Source: a virus | Lineage: Duplodnaviria > Caudoviricetes | Reading direction: 5' to 3' (one strand) | Length of the DNA stretch: 54,217 nucleotides | Virus record (IMG/VR): IMGVR_UViG_3300039448_000022 | Location: 1-54,217 of that record | Part shown: positions 24,765-35,940 of the stretch, piece after piece | Layout of the letters: every line of letters begins with the position of its first letter | Numbering within the stretch: the stretch's first letter is position 1 | Notes under the pieces: generated by a model | Database searches by the model: none | Told to the model about the DNA's origin: nothing | What the model saw: only the letters and a program-made list of their open reading frames with translations | Made by a program: the position numbers and the translations under genes

Positions 24765-27700
24765 GTCAGTTACTAGCGGAAATTGAAGAGGCTGCGCAAT
24801 CAGGTGCCCATGGCCTTTGTGGTACTTGTCCTAGCGATGCTCAACACGTTGCCGGCAATTATAAAAAAGGTCGTGTCACCATTTTAGGTATGCCCATTGT
24901 TATTGAGCAGCCTCGGTACAGCATTCGCTCTGGTGTCAGTAGTCAGGGCAAAGAATGGTCTACCCGCATGTTTGCCCATTACGGCTATTTTAGCGGCGTA
25001 ATGGGTGCTGATGGTGATGAACTTGATGTGTTTATTGGCCCGGCACCAGAAGCGGACACCCTGTACGTCGTTAACCAGGTATTTGGTAATAAATTCGATG
25101 AGCACAAGGTCATGCTTGGCTTTCTTGATGAGCAAGACGCACGCACGGCATACCTGAATTCTTACGCACGAGACTGGGATGGCCTTGGCAGTATCGTGGC
25201 TATTTCTTTGGATGATTTTAAACGCTGGATCGCTCAGGGAGTGCCAGCGCGCCCCTTGTCGTCAGCAACAGACATTAAGCGCAAGGGTAATTTAATGAAT
25301 AAAAAAATCGCATGGGACTCGGCTGCAATGCCAGTAGGCGCAACTCTGGACCAGATCCTATATGGATTGCGCCTTGATGATGACGACGGCGCCATTTATG
25401 AGCCAGTCAGCCTTGATGATGTGATGGGTGATTCAGACGATGAAGCCGTCTTTGATTCGCTGGTGATGCCATTCAGTCAAATGCAGCACAAGATGAATAC
25501 CGTCAAGCGTGTTCTTGATCGCTCTGGCAAAGATTTGACCATTAATCAGCTGGATATATCAGAACCATTCACGAGCGCCGGCAGCGCCAACGTAGCGGCT
25601 GTATTTGGCTTGTCTGATGGGCAGTCTATTACGGTGTACATGCACAACCCCGACACCGACCCTAAAAAGATCCTGCCGACTGATTCTCTGGTTAGCTGGA
25701 AATGGTTGCTCAATCGTAAGGACATTACGATTGCTGTGGCGCCAGAAAAGGGAGCCGACTTAAATATTCGCGAAGTTGCCCGCCGTATCATGCAATTAGC
25801 TGAAAAAAATTCAGCGCGATTCACCAAAAATAAGGCACGAGTTCAGGCGAACGCCGCAATCATTGAAGCGGCTGAGAAAGAGAACCAAGCACTTGAAACA
25901 GAGCTTGAGTCAGCACGTCAGGAGCTGGCTGAGCTTGAAGCTAAAGCGGGTGATGCCTTAGTTGTGTCATTGTCCGGTACCGGTGAGCGTCGTTTGGTGA
26001 AGGTGGCAAATATGAGAGAAGCAAGCAAGGTTGTCTCTGAATACGTCACTGAAAACAATCTTGATGCCGACTCTTTCACGGGTGGGCAGTTGTATAAGGC
26101 GGGTGAGCAAGTAAGCGATATCACTTCTGTAGGTAATGCTTTTGATTTGGAAGGCGGTGCAATTGATATACCGGCTCCAAGCGTGGTTGAGCAGGTTGCC
26201 GAAGCGTTATTGTCTTCCGGCTGGGAAAAGTCAGAAGATGGATCATTTAAAAATACGCTCAGTTCAGAGGGCGAGGTGCTAAACGTCCGCTTAACCTACG
26301 ACGGTGAAGAACTTCATGCTTACGAAGGTGATGAGGTTGGTGAGTTGGCATTCTTAGCGTTTCCAAACGGAGACCTAACCGCTGAATCTGCGGTGAATGA
26401 GATCTACGGTCTTCTTGATGATGAGCTAGAAGCACGTATTGCGTCCAAAACAATTGATGTGGACCCTGATGCGCTGGGTGAGTTCACTGATGACGAAGAA
26501 GGTAAAAAGGCCCGAAGAGCAGCGACTAAGGAATATCTTGAGACCTTACGGGGCGTAATGGTTAACGTACCGGCGCTTAACGCTGATGTTGAGATCCGTA
26601 AGCGTGGTATTAAGAAAACCATGGCCATGACTGCTAACCCAGTTAAGTTGAAGATGCTGGCCGACATTAAGCAGATCATAGCCACGGCTAAGAATCCAAT
26701 TGTGGAGAAGAACTACAAAGTTGCTGAAAAGCGAAACGTAGAGCTGTATTACCGACTTAGCAACAAGGTATCAATTGACGGTGATAGCCATCATGTGACG
26801 GTTTTGATCGAGAAGGACACCGATGGGATGCTGCATTACGACCTTCTGCTGGAAGCGAAAACAAAAACGGCGCTAGATAGCGCCGTTGATGTGGACCAAT
26901 CGATCCCTGATCACAATTCAGGGGATGAGTCCGTTGAAAATAATGGCACAGCCTTAGATTCTGGTCAAGTTTTAGACAGTGATGAGCCTGAGCAGTCTTT
27001 TGATGATGCCGGGGCATCGCTGAAGCCTGGGGTTATGTTAAACCTATTTATTGAAGGTGAAGAACCTGAGGTTCTGGAGGCAGAAGAAAACGAGCTTATA
27101 GCCTCCGAAGAAGCTGAAGTCCCTGAACAATACTACCAGTTTGCCAATATCACACCTGAATTTGAGCAGTGGCTAGTTGATAGAAGTGACGACGTTTTCT
27201 CACCACTTGAAACCGCTAAGGCCATGGATGCCGAAGCCAAAAATCACGGCCTGACAATTGAATGGGGCTTCTTTGGTGGCTCCCTTGATTCAGTCCTATT
27301 GGATAGCATTGATGACGAAGGATATCAGGGTAAGGTTAAGCGCGGCAGTACAGTCGTTGGGCGCATCGAACTTGGCGGCGACGGTAAGGCCATGGTTTAT
27401 ATCGGTGATAAAGGTGAAGATCGAATAAGACTGCTATCTGGAGTTGTTGCTCGCTACTCTGATTACGAAGGCGATGCTGGTGAAATGATTACAGCGCTTG
27501 CTCAGTCACTTCCTGCTGAGGTTAGCCAGCCTGAAGAAGCCCCGGCGCCTCAGGCACCTAAAACACTCGAAGAAATAGACCCGGCTCTATATCGTGATTT
27601 CAAAAGTAGCCTTAATGTTATTCGCAATATTGATGCGGGTACCGAGAAAGGTTATGACCGCTCTCTGTTTGTTAATAGCATTGCCGGCAAGCTAAAAACC

Positions 27701-28885
27701 CGCGCTAAAAACGGCGAAAACGACTTGGTTGATGCAGCGTTGAACTTCATTGCGACTGAAAATTCTAAAGTTCCTAAAGCGTTGATTACCTCTCGTAATG
27801 CAATCTGGCGCTTAACGGGTAAGGACTATATCGATTACCCAATTGTAGCCTCTGAACCGGCATTACCTACCACTCAGGACGAACCAGCCGCAAGCGCCGG
27901 GGTGCCTGATCTTTATTACAGTAAAGTTGATGAGCTTTTCACCTCCTTCACTCCAAACACCCCTAGCGGTGAAGAAGCATGGCGACAAATGGCCGATAAA
28001 ACAGATGGCACAGGTAAGGTTTTACACGCTCAAGTTGAAGGCACCATCGCACAACTTCAAGAAGCTGGTTACACCGTCGCTGAAGGAAGTGCGTCGAATG
28101 ATATGCCATCTGTTTCAGATGATGAGCTTCTAGCGGAACTTACCGGGGCTAGCTCTGATGGCCCTGAACAAACTGAAGAGCCGCCAATGGCTGGCGGTAA
28201 AGATTTCGATGCACAGTTGAAAGGTCGCGCGCTTGATCAACTGGAGGGGATTAGCAAGTTCATTCCTGTTGCTCAGAAAAAAATTATTGTCGACATGATT
28301 AGAAATAGCCAGGAGTGGCGTTTCTTTGCAGATAAGGTCTTAGAACTTACCTCAATTATCGATGGCATGGCCAAAACCTATGAGCAAGATGGCAAAGGCA
28401 TGGATGCCACTGCTTACCTTCACTACTTTGGCGGTGCCGCTGATTGGTATATCACCGAGAAAGACATGGATGGTGGTGTAAAGCAGGCATTTGGCTGGGC
28501 TGATTTAGGTCAGGGCGGTGGTGAGCTTGGCTATATCAGCATAGAAGAAATAACTTCTATTTCTTCTATTGAGCTTGACCTTCACTTTGATCCTAAAACT
28601 GTTAATCAGGCTATTGGCCGCTCAGAAGAGCCAGAGCAGGAGCCGACCGAATCACCCGAGGCCGTACCGGAAATCACGCAAGAAGAGGCGGCAGCCACAC
28701 CGGATAATGACTACCTAAATAAAGTTATTTCTGGTGGCTTGGATTTGCTAGACCCTGCGGTTGCGGAAGAGCTGGAAGCTATTTACGAGCGTAATCAAGG
28801 GGATGAAGGTGTCATGAGCTTATTTAATCAGGCAATTGATGCGCTTCAAGAAGCAATGATGAATGCAACCGGCGACCTGTCTTAA
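24761..28885 (+). CDS. darA: DarA-like polyvalent internal head protein (InPase-like, DarA_N, LPD3-like, DUF2958-like, DarA_C)
   Basis: GNYKKG...HYGYF..GADGDELDVFIG; LSDGQSITVYMHNPD...WLLNRKDITIAVAPE; C-terminal DYLNKVISGGLDLLD. Confidence 0.8.
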   Translation: MSQLLAEIEEAAQSGAHGLCGTCPSDAQHVAGNYKKGRVTILGMPIVIEQPRYSIRSGVSSQGKEWSTRMFAHYGYFSGVMGADGDELDVFIGPAPEADTLYVVNQVFGNKFDEHKVMLGFLDEQDARTAYLNSYARDWDGLGSIVAISLDDFKRWIAQGVPARPLSSATDIKRKGNLMNKKIAWDSAAMPVGATLDQILYGLRLDDDDGAIYEPVSLDDVMGDSDDEAVFDSLVMPFSQMQHKMNTVKRVLDRSGKDLTINQLDISEPFTSAGSANVAAVFGLSDGQSITVYMHNPDTDPKKILPTDSLVSWKWLLNRKDITIAVAPEKGADLNIREVARRIMQLAEKNSARFTKNKARVQANAAIIEAAEKENQALETELESARQELAELEAKAGDALVVSLSGTGERRLVKVANMREASKVVSEYVTENNLDADSFTGGQLYKAGEQVSDITSVGNAFDLEGGAIDIPAPSVVEQVAEALLSSGWEKSEDGSFKNTLSSEGEVLNVRLTYDGEELHAYEGDEVGELAFLAFPNGDLTAESAVNEIYGLLDDELEARIASKTIDVDPDALGEFTDDEEGKKARRAATKEYLETLRGVMVNVPALNADVEIRKRGIKKTMAMTANPVKLKMLADIKQIIATAKNPIVEKNYKVAEKRNVELYYRLSNKVSIDGDSHHVTVLIEKDTDGMLHYDLLLEAKTKTALDSAVDVDQSIPDHNSGDESVENNGTALDSGQVLDSDEPEQSFDDAGASLKPGVMLNLFIEGEEPEVLEAEENELIASEEAEVPEQYYQFANITPEFEQWLVDRSDDVFSPLETAKAMDAEAKNHGLTIEWGFFGGSLDSVLLDSIDDEGYQGKVKRGSTVVGRIELGGDGKAMVYIGDKGEDRIRLLSGVVARYSDYEGDAGEMITALAQSLPAEVSQPEEAPAPQAPKTLEEIDPALYRDFKSSLNVIRNIDAGTEKGYDRSLFVNSIAGKLKTRAKNGENDLVDAALNFIATENSKVPKALITSRNAIWRLTGKDYIDYPIVASEPALPTTQDEPAASAGVPDLYYSKVDELFTSFTPNTPSGEEAWRQMADKTDGTGKVLHAQVEGTIAQLQEAGYTVAEGSASNDMPSVSDDELLAELTGASSDGPEQTEEPPMAGGKDFDAQLKGRALDQLEGISKFIPVAQKKIIVDMIRNSQEWRFFADKVLELTSIIDGMAKTYEQDGKGMDATAYLHYFGGAADWYITEKDMDGGVKQAFGWADLGQGGGELGYISIEEITSISSIELDLHFDPKTVNQAIGRSEEPEQEPTESPEAVPEITQEEAAATPDNDYLNKVISGGLDLLDPAVAEELEAIYERNQGDEGVMSLFNQAIDALQEAMMNATGDLS

Positions 28886-28897
28886 GGAGTAGTAGCA

Positions 28898-31800
28898 GTG
28901 ATTTTAGACAAAGCGGGTGCAACCCCAAACCCAATGATACGCCTGAAGCTGATCAAGGAACTTGGCCAGCTTCGCCGGGACATTATCGTCACACAAGAAA
29001 ATGGCGGCCCTCTGGCCGCTATCAATCGCCTTAAGCTGTTAAAGCAAATGAACCAAATCCGTACCGAGTTAGGTGCGGGTGAGGTTGCTAAGCTAACCGA
29101 TAATATGAACCCCGATGATGCGGATGTTCGTCCGCGTCCTGAAACCGCCGCTCTGTATGAGTTCGATGAGCGTATGACCAAGGGTAAGCGCCAAAAGGCC
29201 AATAACACGGCTATCGACTTGGTGGCTAAAATTAAAGCCGGTGATGTTAGTGCGGACGAATTAACCGACGAACAGAAAAAGACGCTTGCGTCATATACCG
29301 GTAACGGTGGCGGTCTTATTGGTCAGGATGGCAAAAAGGGTTCAGCCTACGAATATTACACGCCGGTACCGGTTGCGGCGGGTATCTGGGATGCCATGGC
29401 TGAGATGGGCTTTAGCGGTGGTAAGGTGCTTGATCCTTCTGCCGGCACGGGTATTTTTGGCTCTACGGCTCCGCGTACCGCTGCGGTTGATGCGGTGGAA
29501 CTAGACGAAACCTCCGGCGCCATTAATCAGCTATTGAACGATGGCCAAGGTTACAGCACGACCGTTGCCCCCTTTGAAAAGGTGGCAGCGGCAACGGATG
29601 ACGAAATTTATGATGCGGTAGTTACCAATGTTCCATTCGGCACCGTTGCCGATCGTGGTGGCAATCAGTTACATGACCCGCGCTATCAGAAAGAAACGCT
29701 TGAGACCTATTTTATTCTGCGATCGCTGGAAAAGTTAAAGCCTGGTGGCTTGGCTGCGTTTATCGTTCCGCCAAGATGCACCAGTGGGCGCGGTGCCAAT
29801 GAAGTTCGTTTACGTGAGCGCGCAAGTTACTTGGGTGAGTTCTTAGGTGCCTACCGCTTGCCAAATAAGGTGTTTGGTGAGGCGGCAGCCGATACCATTA
29901 CCGATGTTATTTTTCTTCGGAAGCACAGCACTGAAGCCCGCCAAAAAATCGAAGAACTGCAGCAAGATAACGCTGAGTCGCTGAGTACGTTTAATGTGCT
30001 CTGGGATGACTATATTGAAGGTCGTTATTTTGAAAGTGAGGAAGGCCGAATTCGCGTACTGGGCGAGTTTAAAGCGAAAGATCCTGATAAGTTCCGCGAC
30101 GTCGACCGCGTAGAGAGTCCTAATTCCGTGCCTGAAATTGCCAAGATGCTGCGCAAATTACCAGGTACGCGCATTGACTGGGTAGGGTTGGACGCGGCTG
30201 AAACCATGCCGGTTGAATATTCTGAAGGCGACACGATCCACCATGGTGGCCAAACGCTTGAGTGGCGTGATGGCAAATGGAGCGCACTGAAGCAGCGCGG
30301 CGAATCTGAAATAGCAGCCAAAGTACTGTCACAAGTGAAGGACGCCTATACGGCTTACCATGCCGGCATTGTTCTTGATAGCGTATTACCTACGGTTAAT
30401 TACCTCCGTCAGGCGTCTAAGGCGCTGGATATTCCTGATTGGCTAACTCAAACCATTGCCTCGCTAAATAAACTGCCTGAGGGTGGTCGTGCTGATGCGT
30501 GGCTACCGTGCGTAACGGCGGCGGCTATGGTCCAGGTGCTGAATGAAAATGGCCGTGATAGCGGCATGAATTTCCGTGAAGAGTTCCGATCGCTCAGTGA
30601 TTCCATGCAGAAGTACGCCGCACGCGCGAAAAAATTGCGCTCTAAAGTGGGCGGTTACGCTAAATCAGCACTCAGTGAAATGGCCGTGCATTACCAGCCT
30701 AAAAAAGGCTTCAGTAATTTATGGCTTGGTGAAGTTGCTCAAACTACGGCGTTTGAGATTTCTTCGGATGCGGGCTTTGAAGGGCTGAAGTACAAAGCAC
30801 AAGGGCATTTTGTCGATATTGAAGGTGCGCGCGCACTCTATAGCGATGGCTTTGACCCTATGTCGTCCGATGACTGGTGTGTTTCTGCCGATGGCAAGCA
30901 AGTAGCCAAGGCTGATGATTATTACACCGGCAATTACGCGCAATTCTTATCTGTTATTGATTTGCAGATTGAGCAAGCAGCGAGTGAAGAATTAAAAAAT
31001 AAATTAATTCGCCAGAAACTGTTAGCCGAAGAACGCGTGGACCGCCTTGACCCCGGCTCGATTACGCACAATCTGTTTTCTCCTTACGTGACCATCGAAG
31101 AGAAAGTGGATTTTCTTCGAAGCTATGTTCACCCGACTGCTTTTGTCGATTATGACGCTAATGGCAAGAAGCAAATCGGTTTCGATATTCCAAACTCTGA
31201 ATTATCGGATCGCACCAAGCTAATTAAGCGCATGTCGCACTATATGAATCATCGCAGTATCACGCTTGGCGGCGTGAAGTTGAGCATAAGCGATGAAACG
31301 GCGATTAAAGAGCTTCAGGGAATGGTTCGTAAGGCGAACGAGCAATTTAGCGGCTGGGCGAAAGCGAACAGAAGCATTAAAGACCGCATGGCATCGCGCC
31401 TTAATGAGCCTGAGCGCTTGTACTTCCGCCAAGTTGAAGACGAAGCACCACTTAGCGTTCCCGGCTTGAATCCTGACTTCCAGCCTCACGGTTACCAAAA
31501 TGGCTTTGCTCGTTCAATGGGGCGTGATTTCTCGGGCATTAACGGCTTTGGTACCGGACTAGGGAAAACATTTTCGGCGCTTCTTTCTGTGCAGTACGTG
31601 CAGAGTATTGGCGTTAAGAATAAAACCCTATTCGTTGTGCCCGGTTCAGTGCTATCTAACTGGCGAAAAGAAACCGCTGCAGCGTATGCAAATATCGATG
31701 ATTGCCTATTCGTCGGATTGCGCGAAGATGCTAACGGTGGTTTTACGGTCGATAGTAAGAATTATGATGAAGACCTTTTCTCTGTCATGGAGAACAAACA

Positions 31801-34800
31801 TCGTAAAATCTTCATGACGATGGAAGCATTTGAGCGCCTGCGCTTGAAAGAACCCACGATAGAAAATTTCGAGAAGTACATGCGGTCTGTGGATGCGTCG
31901 TTTGGCGAATCCGAAGACAAGAAAAAGGATGAGAAGTCTAAGAGCAAAGCAAAGGCTTTAGTCTCTGTGCTCGCTTCGAAAACCGGAGCGGCCCCTTACA
32001 TTGAGGACATGGGCATTGATTCCATCGTCATTGATGAGGCGCATGCTTTTAAAAACTCCGCTGAAACGGTCGAGTTTACCGGCGCTAAGTATTTGTCAGT
32101 GTCGGAGTCTTCAAAACGTGGGATGGATGCACAGGCTAAGTGTTGGTTTATCCGTGGATTAACGCCCCGGGGCGATGGTGTTCTATCGCTATCCGCAACG
32201 CCATTGACCAACTCGCCGTTAGAAATTTACTCGATGCTGTCACTGGCTTCTGGTCACCAAAGAGTAAATGACATGTTGGGCGGCATTCAAGGTGCTGATG
32301 CCTTCATGAACGCCGTATGTGAGATTGAAGACGAAGAAGATTTGACGCTGGACGGTAAGTCTGTGTCGATGTCTGTGTTCAAAGGTCTTAATAATTCAGC
32401 CATGTTGCGCCGTGCGCTACACCAAGTTGCAACCATTAAGGATGCTGATGATGTGGGCGCTCAAATTTTTGTGCCTGAAGCCGACGAAAAGCCAACCCCG
32501 GTATCGTTGACTAACGAATCATTTAAGCGTTTGGAAACGTACAAGGATGCTTATCGTTATGCGATGGACACGCTTCGAGATAAGTCAGACCCGGGTGGTT
32601 CGCCTGAAGCCCTTGAGGCGGTTAAGAATTTGTTTGGTGAAACCGATGAGTTGGTAGGGCACCCGTTCAACTTGATTAATAAGATGAACTACCTGATCGC
32701 GGACCCTGATCTTGATAAGCGTCAAACTCGCTATACGGTGGCACTTGAGGCTGACAGAGAGAAGTTGATCACTGCATGGAATGCTAAAAAGCATAGCGAA
32801 GAACGTGCTTACAAAGGCCCGAACTCAACAGATGCTGATGTGCTTTCTTCCAAGGTTAAGAAAAACAAGGACGGTGACACTGACGGCATGACCTTCAAAA
32901 TGATGGTCAGAGCATGGAGCGAAGGCAACCAGGTGTGCCTAGATACTATGGACGTTGGTTTGCAAGACAAGTTTGAAGCCATCGCAGATAAAGCCGGTAT
33001 TGAGCTTGGCGTAGAGATCCCGCCAAAACTGGCAGCGATGCTAAAGAATTTCCAGACTGAACAGTCACGCCCTCGCGGCAAGGTTGCTGGAAAGCCCGTT
33101 AAGTACACCAAGCAGATTATCTTTTGTGACATTCTCTCATGGCATAACAAGATCAAGCGTTTGCTAATGCAGCGTGCTGGCCTACGTGCTGATCAAATCG
33201 TTATTGTCACCGGCAAAAAGAATAACGCGCCTGAAGATATTCTTGATGTTCAGAATGAGTTCAATGCAGAGGATGGTAAGTACCGCGTTGTTATTGCGAA
33301 CAAAAAGGCTGAGGTTGGCATTAACTTGCAGTTGGGTACTCAGGCTATTCACCATTTGACGATTGGCTGGACGCCGGATTCGCTGAAACAGCGTAATGGT
33401 CGCGGTGTGCGCCAAGGGAACTCAACTGGCAAGGTGAGTATTTATCACTATGACGCCAACGGTACATTCGATGAAGCTAAGCGCACCCTAGTGGCCAGCA
33501 AGGCGGATTGGATTGATAGCCTAATGGATGACAATGGTGGTGACCGCATTGAGATTTCAGGCGGTATGAGTCGTGAGAAAATGGAAGCCTTGATTGATGT
33601 GTTTGGCGACGATGATGGCGTGGCCAAAATGCAGGCGGCCATGGCTGAAAAAGAAGCGGAGGCGCGTATTAAGGCGTCTCGTGATAAGCAGCAAATTGCG
33701 ATTGATACGATTGAAACTCAGAATGGTTTTTTAAGTCGTTACGGCGAAATGCAAGGCTGGATAGGCCGATACCTTGGTGACTACTTGACGCTGCGACAAT
33801 CTATTTCAGATATCCGCAAACGTTTAGAAAAAACTAAATCTGCGAATCGTGCCGCTCAATTAGAAATGCGGATTGCTGAAACCCAAGCTTCTATGGAAGG
33901 TATTAAATCGCGTATTGAAGCCGCTGGTTCGATTCAAGAGGCCAGAGACTACAGTAAACAAGATTGGGATGATGTGTCTGTTGAAAGTGTCATTGCTTCC
34001 TTTACAAGTCGCGCCAAGCGCGGTGAGTCGAGCGGTGACCATTTGGCTAGACAGTTTGCCAACGGCAATATTTCTTACAAATACCTCCGCTTTATCTCTA
34101 ACGATGACTCTGAATTACTGAACGAATGGATGAGTGAAGTGGATATGGCGAAAGAGCTACGCCAGAATGCTGTTGATGCTTATGAAGTTCGGGCTAAGGA
34201 AGATGGCCGGACACCGGCAGGGGCCGCTGTGGCTATCGCTGATGGTCGTGGCACGGTGTATGGCGACATACCATTGTTTGATGGTGTGCTAGTGACCTTG
34301 CCGCAGCGAACCAGCGACGATTTGTCTGTTGTTATCTATAAAGACAATAGGCTCTTTGGGTTGTGGAGTGGTGCAACTGCCATTCGTGGATTCACTCTCG
34401 GTAATATAATGACGAATTCCGATGCGCGCGTGGTTTATCCTGGCACCTCTGAATATGACGATTTGATTGCGGCGATGGCGGCTCATGATGATGAGTGGGC
34501 GACGAAAGGTGAAGTTGATAGCGTATTCACCGACCTTGTGCCTGAAGTCAGTGAGCTGCGCACAACCTCTACGCCTGTGGCTTATACTGATAGCCGATTC
34601 CATGGTGGTGCTCATTACTACTTGCCCGCCCCATACTTCCCGGTACCCATTAATTCAGATTTTAAAGGCACCTCTGACTTCTTAGATTCAATTATTGAGA
34701 AGCAAAGTGAAGTTATTATCCGTTGGGAGCGAACTAAATTCATTGTGCCTCAGGATCTCACTGTAAAAGAAAGCGAGTCAGTGCAGCCGCTGTCTGTATT

Positions 34801-35317
34801 TATTGCTTACGCGCAAGCAAATAATCTTAAGTTGAAAAACGTGGACTTTGGGCCGTTTAGATCAACAGTGGATAGTTATATTTCTTCGAAGATTGATAAC
34901 GCCAATTTAAAAGAAATTCTCGCTGAAGCGGATCGCACGAAAGAGGCCATCATTGAAGCCGCTAAGCGGTTTATTCGTGAGACTGCTGACTGGTATGACG
35001 CTGAAGGCAACGAGTTTGACGCGCTGACTTATCAGGAATCACTTATTGATCGTGAAATTTCTTCGTTAAGTGATGGTGCGCCAAGCGAAGGTGAGCCAAG
35101 TGAGGTTACGGAAGATCTTAATGCTCTTGTATCTGTGACCGGTGAGACTCGTCGCTGGAAAGATGAGATTAAAGAGTACGCGCGTAAATACGAAGCCAGT
35201 GGCTATGCTAAATGGAATCGTCGCGAAGTTGCGTGGAAAATGAAGATCGGAGCGTTTAAGCTGTTAGAAAAGGAATTACCTCAGGCAGCCGCCCAACTTG
35301 AATACAAACTCGTTTAA
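28898..35317 (+). CDS. darB: DarB-like N6-methyltransferase / SNF2 helicase antirestriction protein
   Basis: EYYTP, VLDPSAGTG and TNVPF MTase motifs; GTGLGKT, IDEAH, LSATP and QRNGRGVRQG helicase motifs. Confidence 0.9.
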   Translation: MILDKAGATPNPMIRLKLIKELGQLRRDIIVTQENGGPLAAINRLKLLKQMNQIRTELGAGEVAKLTDNMNPDDADVRPRPETAALYEFDERMTKGKRQKANNTAIDLVAKIKAGDVSADELTDEQKKTLASYTGNGGGLIGQDGKKGSAYEYYTPVPVAAGIWDAMAEMGFSGGKVLDPSAGTGIFGSTAPRTAAVDAVELDETSGAINQLLNDGQGYSTTVAPFEKVAAATDDEIYDAVVTNVPFGTVADRGGNQLHDPRYQKETLETYFILRSLEKLKPGGLAAFIVPPRCTSGRGANEVRLRERASYLGEFLGAYRLPNKVFGEAAADTITDVIFLRKHSTEARQKIEELQQDNAESLSTFNVLWDDYIEGRYFESEEGRIRVLGEFKAKDPDKFRDVDRVESPNSVPEIAKMLRKLPGTRIDWVGLDAAETMPVEYSEGDTIHHGGQTLEWRDGKWSALKQRGESEIAAKVLSQVKDAYTAYHAGIVLDSVLPTVNYLRQASKALDIPDWLTQTIASLNKLPEGGRADAWLPCVTAAAMVQVLNENGRDSGMNFREEFRSLSDSMQKYAARAKKLRSKVGGYAKSALSEMAVHYQPKKGFSNLWLGEVAQTTAFEISSDAGFEGLKYKAQGHFVDIEGARALYSDGFDPMSSDDWCVSADGKQVAKADDYYTGNYAQFLSVIDLQIEQAASEELKNKLIRQKLLAEERVDRLDPGSITHNLFSPYVTIEEKVDFLRSYVHPTAFVDYDANGKKQIGFDIPNSELSDRTKLIKRMSHYMNHRSITLGGVKLSISDETAIKELQGMVRKANEQFSGWAKANRSIKDRMASRLNEPERLYFRQVEDEAPLSVPGLNPDFQPHGYQNGFARSMGRDFSGINGFGTGLGKTFSALLSVQYVQSIGVKNKTLFVVPGSVLSNWRKETAAAYANIDDCLFVGLREDANGGFTVDSKNYDEDLFSVMENKHRKIFMTMEAFERLRLKEPTIENFEKYMRSVDASFGESEDKKKDEKSKSKAKALVSVLASKTGAAPYIEDMGIDSIVIDEAHAFKNSAETVEFTGAKYLSVSESSKRGMDAQAKCWFIRGLTPRGDGVLSLSATPLTNSPLEIYSMLSLASGHQRVNDMLGGIQGADAFMNAVCEIEDEEDLTLDGKSVSMSVFKGLNNSAMLRRALHQVATIKDADDVGAQIFVPEADEKPTPVSLTNESFKRLETYKDAYRYAMDTLRDKSDPGGSPEALEAVKNLFGETDELVGHPFNLINKMNYLIADPDLDKRQTRYTVALEADREKLITAWNAKKHSEERAYKGPNSTDADVLSSKVKKNKDGDTDGMTFKMMVRAWSEGNQVCLDTMDVGLQDKFEAIADKAGIELGVEIPPKLAAMLKNFQTEQSRPRGKVAGKPVKYTKQIIFCDILSWHNKIKRLLMQRAGLRADQIVIVTGKKNNAPEDILDVQNEFNAEDGKYRVVIANKKAEVGINLQLGTQAIHHLTIGWTPDSLKQRNGRGVRQGNSTGKVSIYHYDANGTFDEAKRTLVASKADWIDSLMDDNGGDRIEISGGMSREKMEALIDVFGDDDGVAKMQAAMAEKEAEARIKASRDKQQIAIDTIETQNGFLSRYGEMQGWIGRYLGDYLTLRQSISDIRKRLEKTKSANRAAQLEMRIAETQASMEGIKSRIEAAGSIQEARDYSKQDWDDVSVESVIASFTSRAKRGESSGDHLARQFANGNISYKYLRFISNDDSELLNEWMSEVDMAKELRQNAVDAYEVRAKEDGRTPAGAAVAIADGRGTVYGDIPLFDGVLVTLPQRTSDDLSVVIYKDNRLFGLWSGATAIRGFTLGNIMTNSDARVVYPGTSEYDDLIAAMAAHDDEWATKGEVDSVFTDLVPEVSELRTTSTPVAYTDSRFHGGAHYYLPAPYFPVPINSDFKGTSDFLDSIIEKQSEVIIRWERTKFIVPQDLTVKESESVQPLSVFIAYAQANNLKLKNVDFGPFRSTVDSYISSKIDNANLKEILAEADRTKEAIIEAAKRFIRETADWYDAEGNEFDALTYQESLIDREISSLSDGAPSEGEPSEVTEDLNALVSVTGETRRWKDEIKEYARKYEASGYAKWNRREVAWKMKIGAFKLLEKELPQAAAQLEYKLV

Positions 35318-35748
35318 TGGAAATTACTATGTTTACTGAATTTCGATACGACAGTGATGGGATCAAGACGCTTGTAGCTGAAAATGCTGCAACAGTCCGT
35401 AGTGAACGTGGACTGTCAGACTACACAGGTTTTGCTATTAGCGTATTTCGTAAGCGCTTAAAGCAAAACGGTCCTATTCGCTATCTGGATTACGGCCCAT
35501 ATTGGTGGGCTGTTAAAGATGTGCTCAATCGAGCAGGTGAAGACCTTGGCAGTGATGATGATGCTGAATTACGTGAAGCCTATCGCGGCGAAACGGACGC
35601 AGAGACATTAGCTATGGCAGATCTATATCGTGAGCAATACTTGAAGACTCAGTTCCTGGGTTCTCGGCAAGTGGTGCTGACTGATACGGGTGAGCTATGG
35701 ACCATCATGGATGATGACATGGAAGAGAAAGCGATGGCGTCCGCTTAG
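35317..35748 (+). CDS. ulx: Ulx-like protein
   Basis: RL...RYLDYGPYWWAVK motif; directly after darB as in P1. Confidence 0.8.
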   Translation: MEITMFTEFRYDSDGIKTLVAENAATVRSERGLSDYTGFAISVFRKRLKQNGPIRYLDYGPYWWAVKDVLNRAGEDLGSDDDAELREAYRGETDAETLAMADLYREQYLKTQFLGSRQVVLTDTGELWTIMDDDMEEKAMASA

Positions 35749-35793
35749 CACCTTTGAACCAACTACTAATTTATTAAAAATTAGTAGTTAATT

Positions 35794-35822
35794 AAAAAAA
35801 CCGGCCTAGAGTCGGTTTTTTT
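35794..35822. terminator. bidirectional intrinsic terminator
   Basis: A7-CCGGC-ctaga-GTCGG-T7. Confidence 0.8.
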
Positions 35823-35872
35823 ACACCTATATTTCTTGTTTTTGTTGAAAGTGCGCAATATAGGTGTATATT
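35823..35872 (+). promoter_or_regulatory. moron promoter with 11-bp inverted repeat
   Basis: ACACCTATATT (35823-33) / AATATAGGTGT (35857-67) flanking TTGAAA; TATATT at 35867-72. Confidence 0.5.
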
Positions 35873-35940
35873 TAAGAAATGAAGTGCAGCAATGTTTGCC
35901 GCTGAAAATTGAAATCATTAGCAGAGCTTGGAGAAAAAGA

